A stretch of DNA of 63,769 bases from Gemmatimonadales bacterium (GCA_035691925.1 DASSIL010000164.1:1-63769); one strand, 5' to 3'. Positions 1 through 17,244 are shown, counted from the stretch's first letter. Numbers and translations: made by a program. The notes: a model not told the origin generated them from the letters alone.

Positions 1-317
1 TGGCGACGATCCTGAAGGACCTGCAGCAGAACGAGTACCTGCGCGAGTCGGCCCGGCTCGCCGAGGTGGTGCAGCAGAAGGTCGCGCGGGTCCAGCCCGG
101 AGACGATCGCGGCGTCCAGCAAGCCGGTTTCTATGTGCTCAACAGCGCGCGGCGCCCGGCGATTCTCGTCGAGACCGGCTTCTCCACCAACAAGAGCGAC
201 GGCGCGTTCCTCGCCTCTGCTGCCGGGCAGCGCAAGATCGCCAGCGCCATCGCCGACGGCATCGTGAGCTACCTCCTCGAATTCGAACGCAAGGTGGCGA
301 TCGGGGGGGCGCCGTGA
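1..317 (+). CDS. N-acetylmuramoyl-L-alanine amidase, C-terminal fragment (5' end outside window)
   Basis: Frame 3 is open from the window edge. The translation ...LQQNEYLRESARLAE...GFYVLNSARRPAILVETGFSTNKSDGAFL...IADGIVSYL resembles the Amidase_3 C-terminal core. Confidence 0.7.
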   Translation, partial: ATILKDLQQNEYLRESARLAEVVQQKVARVQPGDDRGVQQAGFYVLNSARRPAILVETGFSTNKSDGAFLASAAGQRKIASAIADGIVSYLLEFERKVAIGGAP

Positions 318-1789
318 GGGGCGCGCCGCTCCTGTCGCTGGCCCTCGTCGGCTGTGCCTACTACAACGGGTTGTGGAGTGCGAACCAGCTGGCGAGCGAC
401 GCCCGCAAGTACGAAGAGCGCGGGATGGTCGCCGAAGCGCGGCTCAACTGGGGGCGCGCCGCGGCGAAAGCCGAAACGGTGCTGGTGCATCACCCGCACA
501 GCCGCTGGGCGGACGATGCCCTCGTCCTGCAGGGTGAGGGGCTGGCGAAGAGCGGCACCTGCGACGCCGCGATCGCGCCGTTGAATCGTGCCATCGCGAC
601 CGTGACCGACGACGCGCTGCGCGAGCGGGCCTCGCTCGCCGCGGCGCTGTGTGCGATCAAGCAGGGGAGCCTGTCCGATGCCGAGCGGTATCTCGCGCCG
701 GTGCTGGAATCGCACGACGGGGCGCGGCGCTCGAGCGCATTCTATATCGCCGGTCTCGCGGCTCAGCGCAGCGGAGATCAGGATCTGGCGGCGCGGCGCT
801 TCGCCGCGTCAGTCCAGCCCGAGGCGGCGAGCGCGCGCGTCGTGGCGTTGGCCGCTGCCGGGCATCCCGCCGCAGCCGTCGGGCTCGTCGACAGTGTCGC
901 GCGGCGGGACGACGACGAGACTCGCTGGACCGACGCCCTGGACGCCGTGGCGCAGTCCAGCGGCCCCGTGACCGCCGCGGACGCGCTCGATCGGCTGCTC
1001 GCGCGGGGCAAGCTGCGCGCCGCGCCGCGCGCCCGCCTCCTCATCGCCGACGGCGACCGGCTGCGCGGCGCGCGCGTGTTCGACCGCGCCCTGGCCCGCT
1101 ACGCCGCCGCCGCGACGCTGGTCCCCGATTCGGCTGATGCCGCGCGCGCCCGTGTGCGCATCGAGGTCGTGCATCTCGCCCAGGCCCGCACGATGGCATC
1201 CGTCGACTCGGTGTCCGCGAACCTCGTCGACCTCGCCGCGGGAGGGCTGGCCGTGGGCGAGGCGCGCGCGCTGCAGGCGGAGATCCAGATGGTGCGGCGA
1301 GAGGACACGACCGAAGTGAAGGCATTCCGCGACGCCGAGCTGGCCCGCGATTCCCTTGCCGCCCCTCAGCTCGCGGCCGAACTGTTTCTGCGCTTTGCCG
1401 CCACCCATCCCGGGTCGCTGTTCGCGCCGAAGGCGTTGATCGCCGCCGGCCAGCTGCGGCCCGAGGTGCTCGATTCGGTGGGCGGCGCGCTGGCGGCGCA
1501 ATACGCCGAGTCGCCTTACACCCAGGCATTCCGTGGACGCGCCAGTCCCGCCTACCAGGCGATGGAGGACTCACTCGCGGTGGCTCTCGGCGTCGCCCGC
1601 TCGCGCAACCTGATCACCGGCTCCGCGGTGCTCACCGTCGAGCCGCCGCGCACCGGACCGCGGGGTCCCGATCTCGAGGCAACCACAGTCCTGGCGCGCA
1701 CTGTGACGCGGCCGGCGGCACCGAACCAGCGTCCCGGCGTGCGCCGGCCGGGAGAGAAGCCCACCGAGCGGCCGGACGACCGCCCCTGA
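314..1789 (+). CDS. Lipoprotein with TPR-like helical repeats (function unknown)
   Basis: 491-aa ORF with a GTGA overlap onto the upstream gene. The N-terminus MRGAPLLSLALVGC is a lipobox-type signal. The body is Ala/Leu/Arg-rich and helical, and the tail is Pro/Arg-rich. Confidence 0.6.
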   Translation: MRGAPLLSLALVGCAYYNGLWSANQLASDARKYEERGMVAEARLNWGRAAAKAETVLVHHPHSRWADDALVLQGEGLAKSGTCDAAIAPLNRAIATVTDDALRERASLAAALCAIKQGSLSDAERYLAPVLESHDGARRSSAFYIAGLAAQRSGDQDLAARRFAASVQPEAASARVVALAAAGHPAAAVGLVDSVARRDDDETRWTDALDAVAQSSGPVTAADALDRLLARGKLRAAPRARLLIADGDRLRGARVFDRALARYAAAATLVPDSADAARARVRIEVVHLAQARTMASVDSVSANLVDLAAGGLAVGEARALQAEIQMVRREDTTEVKAFRDAELARDSLAAPQLAAELFLRFAATHPGSLFAPKALIAAGQLRPEVLDSVGGALAAQYAESPYTQAFRGRASPAYQAMEDSLAVALGVARSRNLITGSAVLTVEPPRTGPRGPDLEATTVLARTVTRPAAPNQRPGVRRPGEKPTERPDDRP

Positions 1790-2625
1790 TCGCCACCGAG
1801 CTCTTCGGGACCCGATTCCAGAATCCGGTACTGCTCGCGGCCGGGACCGCGGGATTCGGAAGAGAAGTCGACGGCGTCATCGATCTCGACGCCCTGGGCG
1901 GGATCGTAACCAAGGCAGTGACTCCCGAGCCGCGCCGGGGCCATCCGCGACCGCGCGTGGCGGAGTTCCCCGGCGGCATGCTCAACGCCGTCGGACTCGC
2001 CAACCCGGGACTCGAGGCCGTCGCCACGCATGACCTCCCGTGGCTCGAGCGTCGGCAGTCGCGGGCCCGCGTGCTCGTCAATGTCGCGGGGGCGCGTGTC
2101 GAGGATTATGAGCGGGTACTCGAGCGGCTGAGCGAGAGCGGCGTGATCGTCGCGTTCGAGATCAACGCGTCCTGTCCCAACACGTCCGCTGGTGGCCTCG
2201 AGTTCGGCGCCGATCCCGCGGGGCTCGGCGAGCTGGTGCGGCGTTGCCGCGGGCGTACCAAGAAACCGCTGGTCATCAAGTTGTCCCCGGCGCTCCCCGA
2301 CATCGCCGCCATGGCGCGGGTCGCCCAGGCGGAAGGCGCCGACGCCGTGAGCCTCGTCAATACCATGCCGGGGACGCTCGCGGGGCGCCTCGGGAACGGG
2401 TACGGGGGGGTGAGCGGTCCCGCCCTGCTGCCGATCGGCGTGCTCGCGACGCGGCGCGTACGCGAGCGGCTCGACTTGCCGGTGATCGGGGTCGGAGGCA
2501 TCCGCACCGCCGGCGACGCGCGCGAGTACCTTCAGGCCGGCGCTGCGCTGGTCGCGGTGGGGACGGCGGCGCTCGCCGACCCTCGCGTCCCCGAGCGCAT
2601 CGCGGGAGAGTTGGCGCGTGGCTGA
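1786..2625 (+). CDS. pyrD: Dihydroorotate dehydrogenase, class 1 (probable CTG start)
   Basis: The translation (L)IATELFGTRFQNPVLLAAGTAGFG...MLNAVGLANPG...EINASCPN...GGVSGPAL...IGVGGI matches class-1 PyrD end to end. There is no ATG/GTG/TTG in frame before 1918. CTG 1786 overlaps the upstream TGA. The 3' end and gene identity are firm; the start codon is inferred. Confidence 0.8.
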   Translation: MIATELFGTRFQNPVLLAAGTAGFGREVDGVIDLDALGGIVTKAVTPEPRRGHPRPRVAEFPGGMLNAVGLANPGLEAVATHDLPWLERRQSRARVLVNVAGARVEDYERVLERLSESGVIVAFEINASCPNTSAGGLEFGADPAGLGELVRRCRGRTKKPLVIKLSPALPDIAAMARVAQAEGADAVSLVNTMPGTLAGRLGNGYGGVSGPALLPIGVLATRRVRERLDLPVIGVGGIRTAGDAREYLQAGAALVAVGTAALADPRVPERIAGELARG

Positions 2626-3292
2626 GCTCATCGTCGCGTTCGATCTGGGGAGCGGGAAAGAAGCACTCGCCCTCGCCGACCGGCTCCCGGACCTGCGCTG
2701 GGCGAAGCTCGGTTCGGCGCTGTTCGTGCGGGAGGGGCCGGCGCTGGTGCGCGAGTTCACGGCGCGCCACATCCGTGTGTTCCTCGATCTCAAGTGGCAC
2801 GACATCCCGAGCACAGTGGAACGGGCGGTGGGGGCGGCGCGCGAGCTGGGCGTCAGTATGGCGACGGTGCACTGTCTCGGCGGTCACGACATGCTGGTGG
2901 CGGCGGTCCGGGCGGCGGGGGATCTGCCCCTCGTCGGCGTCACCGTGCTGACCTCCCACTCCTCTACGGACTTCGAGCAGATCGTCGGCCGCGGCGTGCC
3001 CGACATGGGACTCGAGGGGGAGCGACTGGCGCGAATTGCGCTGGATGCCGGGCTGCGCGGCGTCGTGGCCGGTGGCCGGGAGATCGGGATCGTGCGGGGC
3101 GCCCTGGGGAGGGAGTCCTGGATCGTGGTGCCGGGGGTGCGCCTGGTGGGCGATTCGAAGGACGACCAGGCCCGTACCGTCACGCCGCCGGAGGCGGTCC
3201 GTCTTGGCGCGACGCATCTCGTCGTCGGACGACCGATTACGCGGGCGGCCGATCCCGCTCAGGTGTACCAGCAGATTCTGGGAACCGTATGA
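2618..3292 (+). CDS. pyrF: Orotidine 5'-phosphate decarboxylase
   Basis: 224 aa. The motifs LIVAFDL...AKLGSALF...VFLDLKWHDIPSTV...HLVVGRPI are PyrF signatures. It overlaps pyrD by 8 nt. Confidence 0.9.
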   Translation: MAELIVAFDLGSGKEALALADRLPDLRWAKLGSALFVREGPALVREFTARHIRVFLDLKWHDIPSTVERAVGAARELGVSMATVHCLGGHDMLVAAVRAAGDLPLVGVTVLTSHSSTDFEQIVGRGVPDMGLEGERLARIALDAGLRGVVAGGREIGIVRGALGRESWIVVPGVRLVGDSKDDQARTVTPPEAVRLGATHLVVGRPITRAADPAQVYQQILGTV

Positions 3293-3699
3293 ACCGGGCT
3301 TGGTTGGGATGTGTGCTGCTGATCGCCGGGTCGCTCGCGGCGCAGGAAGGGCTGGAGCAGGCAGCGGCTCGGGCACGCTCGGCATGGCTTGCGCACGACC
3401 CCCGGGCGTTGCTGGCCGGGAGTCCGGGGGTGACGCTCGAGATCCCGGGAGCGGACCCGTCTTCGGCGATCGGCCGTGACCAGGCGAGCGAGCTGCTCGG
3501 CCGCTACTTGCGGACCTCGCAGGAGCGCTCGGTGGAGGTGCGAGCGGCGCGCGAGATGGCGGCGGGACAAGGATATGTGGACTTGGAGCGCCGCTTCATC
3601 GTCACCGGGACGACCGAGGAGCGACACGAGACGGTGTTTCTCGGATTGCGGCGGCGCGGGGAACAATGGGTGGTGGTGGAGCTCCGGACCGCTCGGTGA
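3289..3699 (+). CDS. Small secreted hypothetical protein (possibly NTF2-like fold)
   Basis: ATG 3289 sits in an ATGA overlap with the pyrF stop. MNRAWLGCVLLIAGSLAAQ is a signal peptide. The rest of track ORF 2794..3699 upstream of 3289 overlaps pyrF out of frame. The fold suggestion is weak. Confidence 0.55.
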   Translation: MNRAWLGCVLLIAGSLAAQEGLEQAAARARSAWLAHDPRALLAGSPGVTLEIPGADPSSAIGRDQASELLGRYLRTSQERSVEVRAAREMAAGQGYVDLERRFIVTGTTEERHETVFLGLRRRGEQWVVVELRTAR

Positions 3700-3715
3700 G
3701 TCGTAATCCCGCCCC

Positions 3716-3744
3716 TTGCGTGGACTTACGGGCCGGTCTATAGT
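3716..3744 (+). promoter_or_regulatory. Candidate sigma70-type promoter for the rpmJ-rplQ block
   Basis: TTGCGT (3716-3721), a 17-nt spacer, then TATAGT (3739-3744), about 38 nt upstream of the rpmJ GTG, in an 83-nt intergenic gap. Confidence 0.35.
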
Positions 3745-3782
3745 TCGAGGCTCACGAACAACTCTTCTTGGCGGGAGTCGAT

Positions 3783-3899
3783 GTGAAGGTGCGTTCGAGC
3801 GTGCGGCCGATCTGCGAACACTGCAAAGTGGTGCGGCGTCGCGGCGTGCTGCGGGTGATCTGCAAGCGCAGTCCCAAGCACAAACAGCGGCAAGGCTAG
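3783..3899 (+). CDS. rpmJ: 50S ribosomal protein L36
   Basis: Not in the ORF track because it is under 60 aa. A GTG start gives [38 protein letters not shown], with the classic L36 CxxC...C...H pattern, directly upstream of rpsM. Confidence 0.9.
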   Translation: MKVRSSVRPICEHCKVVRRRGVLRVICKRSPKHKQRQG

Positions 3900-3902
3900 G
3901 TC

Positions 3903-4286
3903 ATGGCGCGTATCGCCGGTGTGGATCTCCCCCGGGAAAAGAAAGTCGAATTCGCGCTGCCGTACATCTACGGCATCGGCAAGAGCAACGCGAAGCGGAT
4001 TCTCGCCGAGACCGGCGTGAGTCCGGATACGCGTGTGCGCGATTTGCGTGATGCGGAAGTGGCGCGGCTGCGGCAGGTGATCGAGCGCGATTACAAGGTT
4101 GAAGGCGCGCTGCGCACCGAAGTCGCGATGAACATCAAGCGCCTGATGGATATCGGCACGTATCGCGGGACTCGGCACAAGAAGAACCTGCCCGTTCGCG
4201 GGCAGCGCACGCACACGAATGCGCGGACCAAGAAGGGGCCGCGGCGTGCCATCGCAGGCAAAAAGAAACCAGCTCTGAAAAAGTAA
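3903..4286 (+). CDS. rpsM: 30S ribosomal protein S13
   Basis: [26 protein letters not shown]...[13 protein letters not shown] is canonical S13. Confidence 0.97.
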   Translation: MARIAGVDLPREKKVEFALPYIYGIGKSNAKRILAETGVSPDTRVRDLRDAEVARLRQVIERDYKVEGALRTEVAMNIKRLMDIGTYRGTRHKKNLPVRGQRTHTNARTKKGPRRAIAGKKKPALKK

Positions 4287-4295
4287 ACGGCGGTC

Positions 4296-4688
4296 ATGGC
4301 ACAAGGAAAAGCACCGGGCGCGAAGCGCGCCAAGAAGGTGGTGGAAGCGGAGGGCGTCGCCCATATCACGGCGACGTTCAACAATACGCTCATCACGATC
4401 AGCGACATGCAGGGCAACGCGATCACCTGGGGCTCGTCGGGCAAAGCGGGCTTCAAGGGATCGAAGAAGTCGACGCCCTTTGCGGCCACGGTGGCGGCGG
4501 AGCAGGCGGCGCGCGAGGCGGTGAACCTCGGCGTGAAGCGCGTGCACGTGCGTGTGCAGGGGCCCGGCTCGGGCCGCGAATCGGCGATTCAGGCGCTCGC
4601 GACGGCGGGGCTGCAGATCCGTTCGATCCGCGACGTGACGCCGATCCCGCACAACGGCTGCCGGCCCCCGAAGAAACGGCGGGTCTGA
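4296..4688 (+). CDS. rpsK: 30S ribosomal protein S11
   Basis: ...[18 protein letters not shown]...[18 protein letters not shown]...[20 protein letters not shown] is canonical S11. Confidence 0.97.
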   Translation: MAQGKAPGAKRAKKVVEAEGVAHITATFNNTLITISDMQGNAITWGSSGKAGFKGSKKSTPFAATVAAEQAAREAVNLGVKRVHVRVQGPGSGRESAIQALATAGLQIRSIRDVTPIPHNGCRPPKKRRV

Positions 4689-4691
4689 GCG

Positions 4692-5327
4692 ATGGCGCGC
4701 TATACCGGTCCTGCCTGCAAACTGTGCCGCCGCGAGGGCACGAAGCTGTTCCTCAAGGGGACGCGCTGCCTCACGGAGAAATGCGCCATCGAACGGCGCG
4801 CGTATGCGCCCGGACAGCATGGTCAGAGCACCGGGCGGCGTCGCAAGGCGTCGGAGTATTCCAAGCAGCTGCGTGAAAAACAGAAGGTGAAGCGGATCTA
4901 CGGGCTGTCGGAGCGGCAGTTCCGCAACATCTTCGAGCGTGTGTCGAAGGAGCCGGGCGTCACCGGCGAGGCGTTGCTGGTCGCGCTCGAGAGCCGCCTC
5001 GACAACATGGCGTACCGTATGGGCTTCGCGACCTCCCGTCGCCAGGCCAGACAATTGGTCCGCCACCGGCATATCCAGGTCAACGGGCATACGGTGGATG
5101 TTCCGTCCTACCGTGTTCGCCCGGGCGACGAAGTGCGCGTCGCCGAGAAGAGTCGCGAACTCATTCCCATCAAGGTTGCGCGCGAGCAGTTCGGGCGCAC
5201 GCAGCCGGTGACCTGGGTGCAGGTGGATCCCGATAAGGCCGTCGGACGCATGACCGAGCGGCCCACGCGCGACACGATTCCGATCGCCGCGCAGGAACAG
5301 TTAATCGTCGAGCTTTATTCCAAGTGA
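4692..5327 (+). CDS. rpsD: 30S ribosomal protein S4
   Basis: MARYTGPACKLCRREG.KLFLKG.RC...SEYSKQLREKQKVKRIYG...LESRLDN..YR is canonical S4. Confidence 0.97.
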   Translation: MARYTGPACKLCRREGTKLFLKGTRCLTEKCAIERRAYAPGQHGQSTGRRRKASEYSKQLREKQKVKRIYGLSERQFRNIFERVSKEPGVTGEALLVALESRLDNMAYRMGFATSRRQARQLVRHRHIQVNGHTVDVPSYRVRPGDEVRVAEKSRELIPIKVAREQFGRTQPVTWVQVDPDKAVGRMTERPTRDTIPIAAQEQLIVELYSK

Positions 5328-6376
5328 TGACCACACTCGATTTGACCGGCTTGGTCCGGCCGCATCTGGTCGAAATGACCAAGCGTGAAGACAATCCCAA
5401 TGCCGCCGAGTTCCGCCTGCAACCGCTGGAGCGGGGCTACGGCTACACCCTCGGCAATTCGCTGCGCCGCATGCTGCTGTCGTCGCTGCGGGGCGCGGCG
5501 GTGTGGGCGTTCCGGCTCGACGGCGTCGTCCACGAGCACCAGACGATCCCCGGCGTCGTGGAAGACGTGCACCAGATCATTCAGCGCCTGAAGCAGCTGA
5601 CGCTGGTGCTCGATCCCGACGTCGACGAGGCGGTGCTGCACGTGCGACGCGACAAGGCCGGACCGGTCTACGCGCGCGACATCGAGGCGCACGCCGCGGT
5701 GAGCGTCGTGAACCCCGACCAGCTGCTGTTCACGCTGCAGGACGACCGCGACATCGGCGGCGAGCTGTACGTGAACAAGGGCCGCGGCTACGTGGAGGCG
5801 GAGCAGCACCCCGTCGACCGGACGCTGCCGGTGGACGTGGTGCGCATCGACTCGATCTACAATCCGGTGCGCCGCGCCAACTTCACCGTCGCGGAAACGC
5901 GCGTCGGCCAACGCACCGACTACGATCGTCTCACTATCTCGGTCGAGACGAACGGCACGATCTCCCCCGAGGACGCGCTCGCCTACGCCGCGGCGCTGGC
6001 GCAGGAGCACTTCCGCTTCTTCGTCGATTTCGGGAAAGTGCCCATGGTGACGAACGATGTGACGCCGCCGCCCGGACCCGACGGGCTCGCCGCGTCGCTC
6101 GCCCGCTCGATCGACGACCTCGGGTTGTCGGTCCGCTCGGTGAACTCGCTCAAGAACTCCAACATCCGCACCCTCGGCGACCTGGTGCAGTACAGCGAGA
6201 CCGATCTCCTGAAGGTGAAGAACGTGGGCGAGAAGGCGCTCGGGGAGATCGCCGATCTGTTGCGGCGCGAAGGCCTCAACTTCGGCATGCGCTACGAAGA
6301 AATCGACGGGCTCGTCCGCGTGACGGATCCCGGCGTGACGCCGATGGCCCACGCTACCGAAGGCGGAGAGGACTAG
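5324..6376 (+). CDS. rpoA: DNA-directed RNA polymerase subunit alpha
   Basis: 350 aa. [27 protein letters not shown] and the C-terminal [21 protein letters not shown] match RpoA, and synteny fits. The start is either GTG 5324 or ATG 5327. Confidence 0.95.
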   Translation: MMTTLDLTGLVRPHLVEMTKREDNPNAAEFRLQPLERGYGYTLGNSLRRMLLSSLRGAAVWAFRLDGVVHEHQTIPGVVEDVHQIIQRLKQLTLVLDPDVDEAVLHVRRDKAGPVYARDIEAHAAVSVVNPDQLLFTLQDDRDIGGELYVNKGRGYVEAEQHPVDRTLPVDVVRIDSIYNPVRRANFTVAETRVGQRTDYDRLTISVETNGTISPEDALAYAAALAQEHFRFFVDFGKVPMVTNDVTPPPGPDGLAASLARSIDDLGLSVRSVNSLKNSNIRTLGDLVQYSETDLLKVKNVGEKALGEIADLLRREGLNFGMRYEEIDGLVRVTDPGVTPMAHATEGGED

Positions 6377-6732
6377 TGCGCCACCGCGCCAAACACCGGC
6401 AGCTGTCGCGCACCAGCTCCCACCGCCGGGCGTTGCTCGCCAACATGGCGACCAGCCTGTTCCGCCACGATCGCATCGAAACGACCGAGGCGAAGGCGAA
6501 AGAACTGCGGCCCTACGCCGAGCGCCTGATCACGCTGGCGCGGCGCGGCGACCTGCACGCGCGCCGCCTCGTCGAGCGCAAGATCAAGGATCGCGAGGTG
6601 ACGCATCGGCTGTTTGCCGAGCTGGGCAAGCGCTTCGCCGCGCGCCCCGGCGGCTACACCCGGATCGTCAAGCTCCGCCATCGGCCCGGGGACGGCGCCG
6701 ACGTGGCGAGAATCGAATTGTTGAGTGAGTAA
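6376..6732 (+). CDS. rplQ: 50S ribosomal protein L17
   Basis: GTG 6376 overlaps the last base of the rpo[59 protein letters not shown] is canonical L17. Only the 3' third of track ORF 5503..6732 is real. Confidence 0.93.
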   Translation: MRHRAKHRQLSRTSSHRRALLANMATSLFRHDRIETTEAKAKELRPYAERLITLARRGDLHARRLVERKIKDREVTHRLFAELGKRFAARPGGYTRIVKLRHRPGDGADVARIELLSE

Positions 6733-12240
<5,508 letters not shown>

Positions 12241-13199
12241 CGAAGGCGAAGCCCAACGCCGTGCCCGCCAAGGCGGCGAAGCCGAAGGCCGCCGCCCAGC
12301 CGAAGGCGCCTCCAGCCCCGCCCAAGGTGAAGTTCCATGGGCGGATGCTTGAGAACGAGCCGCTGTCGCGCTACACCACATGGCGTATCGGCGGACCGGC
12401 CCGCTATCTCCTGCAGCCGGCCGACGTCGACGACGTCGTCCGCGGTCTCGAGATGGCGCGCGAGCGCGGACTGCCGTGGCTGGTGCTGGGACTCGGCTCG
12501 AACGTCCTCGTCAAGGATGGCGGCTTCCCCGGCATGGTCATTCGCATGGGGAAGGGGCTCGACAAATTCGAGATGAAGGGCGCCACGGCGATCGTCGGCG
12601 CGGGAATGCCCACGCCGATCCTGGCGCGGCGCACCGCCGAGGCGGGGTTCTCGGGTGTGGAGCGCTTCATCGGCATTCCGGGGACGGTGGGCGGCGGCAT
12701 CTACATGAACGCAGGGTGCCACGGCGCGGAATTCGCCGAGATCGTCACCGAAGTCACCGTCATGGACGGCAAGGGCAAGACCCGCACCATTCCCCGCAAG
12801 CAGATCTCCTACAAGTATCGCGGCTCGAACCTGGGCGAGGTCATCGTGCTCGAGGCCAAGCTGCAGCTCGGGGAAGAGTCCCCGGCGAAGCTCAAGGAGC
12901 TGCAGGCGAAGCTGTTCCGCTGGCGCAAGGCGGGCACGCCGTTCGATCAGCCATGCGCGGGATCGACCTTCAAGAACCCCGGCGGCAACAAGACGGCCGG
13001 GATGCTGATCGACGAAGTCGGACTCAAGGGCTTCCGCATGGGCAGCGTGCAGGTGTCTACGATGCACGCCAACTACTTCGTGAACCTCGGGAACGCGACC
13101 GCGGCCGAGGTGTTGCGGCTGATCGACCACGTGAAGAAGACCGTCGCCAAGAAAGCCGGTGTCGAGCTGGAGCTCGAGATCAAGGTTCTCGGCAACTAG

Positions 13200-13772
13200 A
13201 TGCCTGAGTACTTCGTGCACCCCTCGAGCTTCGTGGACGAGGGGGCGGTCATCGGCGCCGGCACCAAGATCTGGCACTTCTCGCACATCCTCCCCGGCGC
13301 GGTGATCGGCGAGCGCTGCAACCTCGGGCAGAACGTCGTGGTGATGGGCGGCACGCGCATCGGCAACAACGTCAAAATCCAGAACAACGTGTCGATCTAC
13401 GAAGGCGTCGAGCTGGAGGATGACGTCTTTTGCGGTCCCTCCTGCGTGTTCACCAACGTCATCAACCCGCGCAGCCACGTCTCGCGCAAGCACGAGTACA
13501 AACGGACCCTCGTGCGGCGCGGCAGCACGATCGGCGCCAACGCGACGATCGTGTGCGGGGTCACCCTCGGCGAATACAGCTTCGTGGGCGCCGGCGCCGT
13601 CGTGACGACGGACGTCCTGCCCTTCGGCCTGATGGTGGGCGTCCCGGCCCGGCGCATCGGCTGGATGTGCCGCTGCGGTGAGCGTTTGACCGTTACCGCG
13701 AGCCGGGCGGTGTGCGCTGCGTGCGGCACGAAATACGAGGAATCAGGGGGGAGTCTGCGCCCAATTGCCTGA
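13200..13772 (+). CDS. Left-handed beta-helix sugar N-acetyltransferase (WbpD/WlbB-like)
   Basis: 190 aa. Hexapeptide repeats (VIGAGTKIWHFSHI, IGERCNLGQNV, IGNNVKIQNNVSI, IGANATIVCGVTLG) are followed by a C-terminal CxC...CxxC ribbon. The gene is adjacent to a DegT aminotransferase gene. Confidence 0.75.
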   Translation: MPEYFVHPSSFVDEGAVIGAGTKIWHFSHILPGAVIGERCNLGQNVVVMGGTRIGNNVKIQNNVSIYEGVELEDDVFCGPSCVFTNVINPRSHVSRKHEYKRTLVRRGSTIGANATIVCGVTLGEYSFVGAGAVVTTDVLPFGLMVGVPARRIGWMCRCGERLTVTASRAVCAACGTKYEESGGSLRPIA

Positions 13773-13820
13773 CCCGTCATGCCTATGTAAATTGTTGCCT
13801 CTTTTGCGGATAGTTCTCTC

Positions 13821-14936
13821 GTGAACGTGCCTTTGTTGGATCTCGTCGGCCAATACCGGGCGATCAAGGACGAGGTCATTCCCGCCCTCCAGGCGGTCAT
13901 CGAGTCGCAGCAGTTCATCATGGGGCCCAGCATCGCCCAGCTCGAGGCGAAGATCGCCGAGCTGTCGCATGCGAAGCACGGCATCGGCTGTGCCAGCGGG
14001 ACCGATGCGCTGCTCCTCCCCCTCAAGGCGCTGAACCTGACGCCGGGCGACGAGGTGATCACGACCCCGTTCACGTTCTTCGCCACGGCGGGAACGATTC
14101 ATAACGCCGGCGGCAAACCGGTGTTCGTCGACATCGATCCCGACACCTTCAACATCGAACCCGCCGCGGTCGAAGCCGCCATTACTCCCCGCACGCGCGC
14201 CATCATGCCGGTGCATCTCTACGGACAGATGGCGGCGATGGAGCAGCTGCTGCGAATCGCCAGCCGGCACGGGGTGAAGCTCATCGAGGATGCGGCCCAG
14301 GCCATCGGGGCGCGACGCTCGATCGACGGCGTATGGCGTATGGCGGGGGAGTTGGGGTGGGCGACGGGCTACTCGTTCTTCCCGAGCAAGAATCTTGGCG
14401 CCTGGGGTGACGGCGGTATGATCGTCACGTCCGACGACGCGGCCGCCGAACGTCTGAAGAAGCTCCGGCTCCACGGCGGGGCGAAGCAGTACCACCACGA
14501 AGAGGTGGGGACGAACTCCCGTCTCGATACGCTGCAGGCCGCCGTGCTGCTCGCGAAGCTGCCGCACCTCGCCGGATGGTCGGCACGGCGGCGCGAGCAC
14601 GCCGCGTACTACAGCACGGCGTTGAGCGGGCTGCCCGCCGTCCGGACGCCGGTCACCGCTCCCGGCAACGAGCACATCTTCCATCAGTACACGCTCCGGG
14701 TCGAGCGGCGCGATGCCCTGCAGGCGCACCTGAAGGCGAAAGGCATCGGCAACGCGATCTACTATCCCATCCCGCTGCACCGGCAGCCGTGCTTTGCCGA
14801 TCTGGGATACCGTACGGGGAGCCTGCCGCAGTCCGAGCGTGCGGCGCTGGAGGTCATCTCGCTGCCGATCTATCCGGAGCTCCAGCGGGCGCAGCTCGAT
14901 TACGTGGTCGACGCGGTCGGCGAGTTCTACCGTTGA
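13821..14936 (+). CDS. DegT/DnrJ/EryC1-family PLP-dependent sugar aminotransferase (WbpE-like)
   Basis: 371 aa. VPLLDL..QY..IK.E...A...V..S..FI.GP, GDEVITTPFTFFATA and FFPSKNLGAWGDGG (PLP lysine region) are family hallmarks. Confidence 0.85.
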   Translation: MNVPLLDLVGQYRAIKDEVIPALQAVIESQQFIMGPSIAQLEAKIAELSHAKHGIGCASGTDALLLPLKALNLTPGDEVITTPFTFFATAGTIHNAGGKPVFVDIDPDTFNIEPAAVEAAITPRTRAIMPVHLYGQMAAMEQLLRIASRHGVKLIEDAAQAIGARRSIDGVWRMAGELGWATGYSFFPSKNLGAWGDGGMIVTSDDAAAERLKKLRLHGGAKQYHHEEVGTNSRLDTLQAAVLLAKLPHLAGWSARRREHAAYYSTALSGLPAVRTPVTAPGNEHIFHQYTLRVERRDALQAHLKAKGIGNAIYYPIPLHRQPCFADLGYRTGSLPQSERAALEVISLPIYPELQRAQLDYVVDAVGEFYR

Positions 14937-15933
14937 GCCGATTGAAGCTCGGCGTCATCGGCGCCGGGGCGTGGGGCAGGAATCACGTTCGCACCGCCGC
15001 CGGCCTCGCCGAGGCGGAGCTCAGCGCGGTCTGCGATACCGCGGAGCGGGTGCGCCAGAGCGTGGCGCGAGCATACCCGGGGGCGTTCGTGACCGACGAT
15101 GCCGACGCCCTCCTGGCCCGGGTCGACGCGGTGGTGATTGCCTCGCCGGCCCGGACGCACGCCGAGTATGCCCGCCGCGCCGTGGCGGCCGGGAAGCCGT
15201 GTCTCGTGGAGAAGCCCTTCGCCCTGCGGGTGGCTGACGCCGAGGAGGTGGCCACCGCCGCGGTGGCGGCCAAGGTCCCGGTCCTGGTGGGGCACCTGCT
15301 GGTGTTCCACCCCGCCGTGGACGCCCTGCGCGCCCTGATCGCCGCGGGGGAATTGGGGCGGGTACTCTACATGTACGGGCTGCGCGTGAACCTCGGTCAG
15401 GTTCGGGCCGACGAAAACGCCCTGTGGAGCTTCGGGCCGCATGACGTCTCCGTGGCCCTGCATTTGCTAGGGGAGGCGCCGGTCCGGGTGACCGCTCAGG
15501 GGTCGTCGTATCTGCAGCCGGGGGTGGAGGATGTGGTGTTCCTCCACATGGAGTTCGCGAGCGGGACCTTGGCGCACGTCCAGCTGTCGTGGCTCGATCC
15601 CCACAAAGAGCGCAAGCTCACGGTGGTGGGCGACAAGAAGATGGTGATGTTCGACGACATGGAGCCGCGCGAGAAGCTGCGCATCTACGACAAAGGGGTC
15701 ACGCGGCCCCCGGAGTACGCGTCGTGGGGCGAGAGTCTCGCCATCCGTGAGGGTGACATTTTCATTCCCAAGATTCCCAACGTGGAGCCGCTGGCCGCCG
15801 AGCTCGCGCACTTCGTGCGTGTGGCCCGGGGCGCGGAGGCTCCTCGCGCGGGCGCTGCCGATGGCGTTCGCGTGGTCCGTGTGCTCGATGCGGCGACCCG
15901 TTCGCTCGCCGCTGGAGGAGCTCCAATCACTTT

Positions 15934-15937
<4 letters not shown>
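14933..15937 (+). CDS. Gfo/Idh/MocA-family oxidoreductase (WbpB-like)
   Basis: TTG 14933 sits in a TTGA overlap with the upstream stop. LKLGVIGAGAWGRNH is a Rossmann motif and CLVEKPFA is the family motif. The upstream part of track ORF 14576.. overlaps the aminotransferase out of frame. Confidence 0.8.

Positions 15938-17240
<1,303 letters not shown>

Positions 17241-17244
<4 letters not shown>

Noticed and set aside
3716-4051. Track ORF 3716..4051 (111 aa, TTG start)
   Set aside because: It overlaps rpmJ and rpsM out of frame. Both ribosomal protein genes are unambiguous, and the ORF has no motifs.
5503-6375. 5' part of track ORF 5503..6732
   Set aside because: It overlaps rpoA out of frame and translates to Arg-rich nonsense. 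Only 6376-6732 encodes L17.
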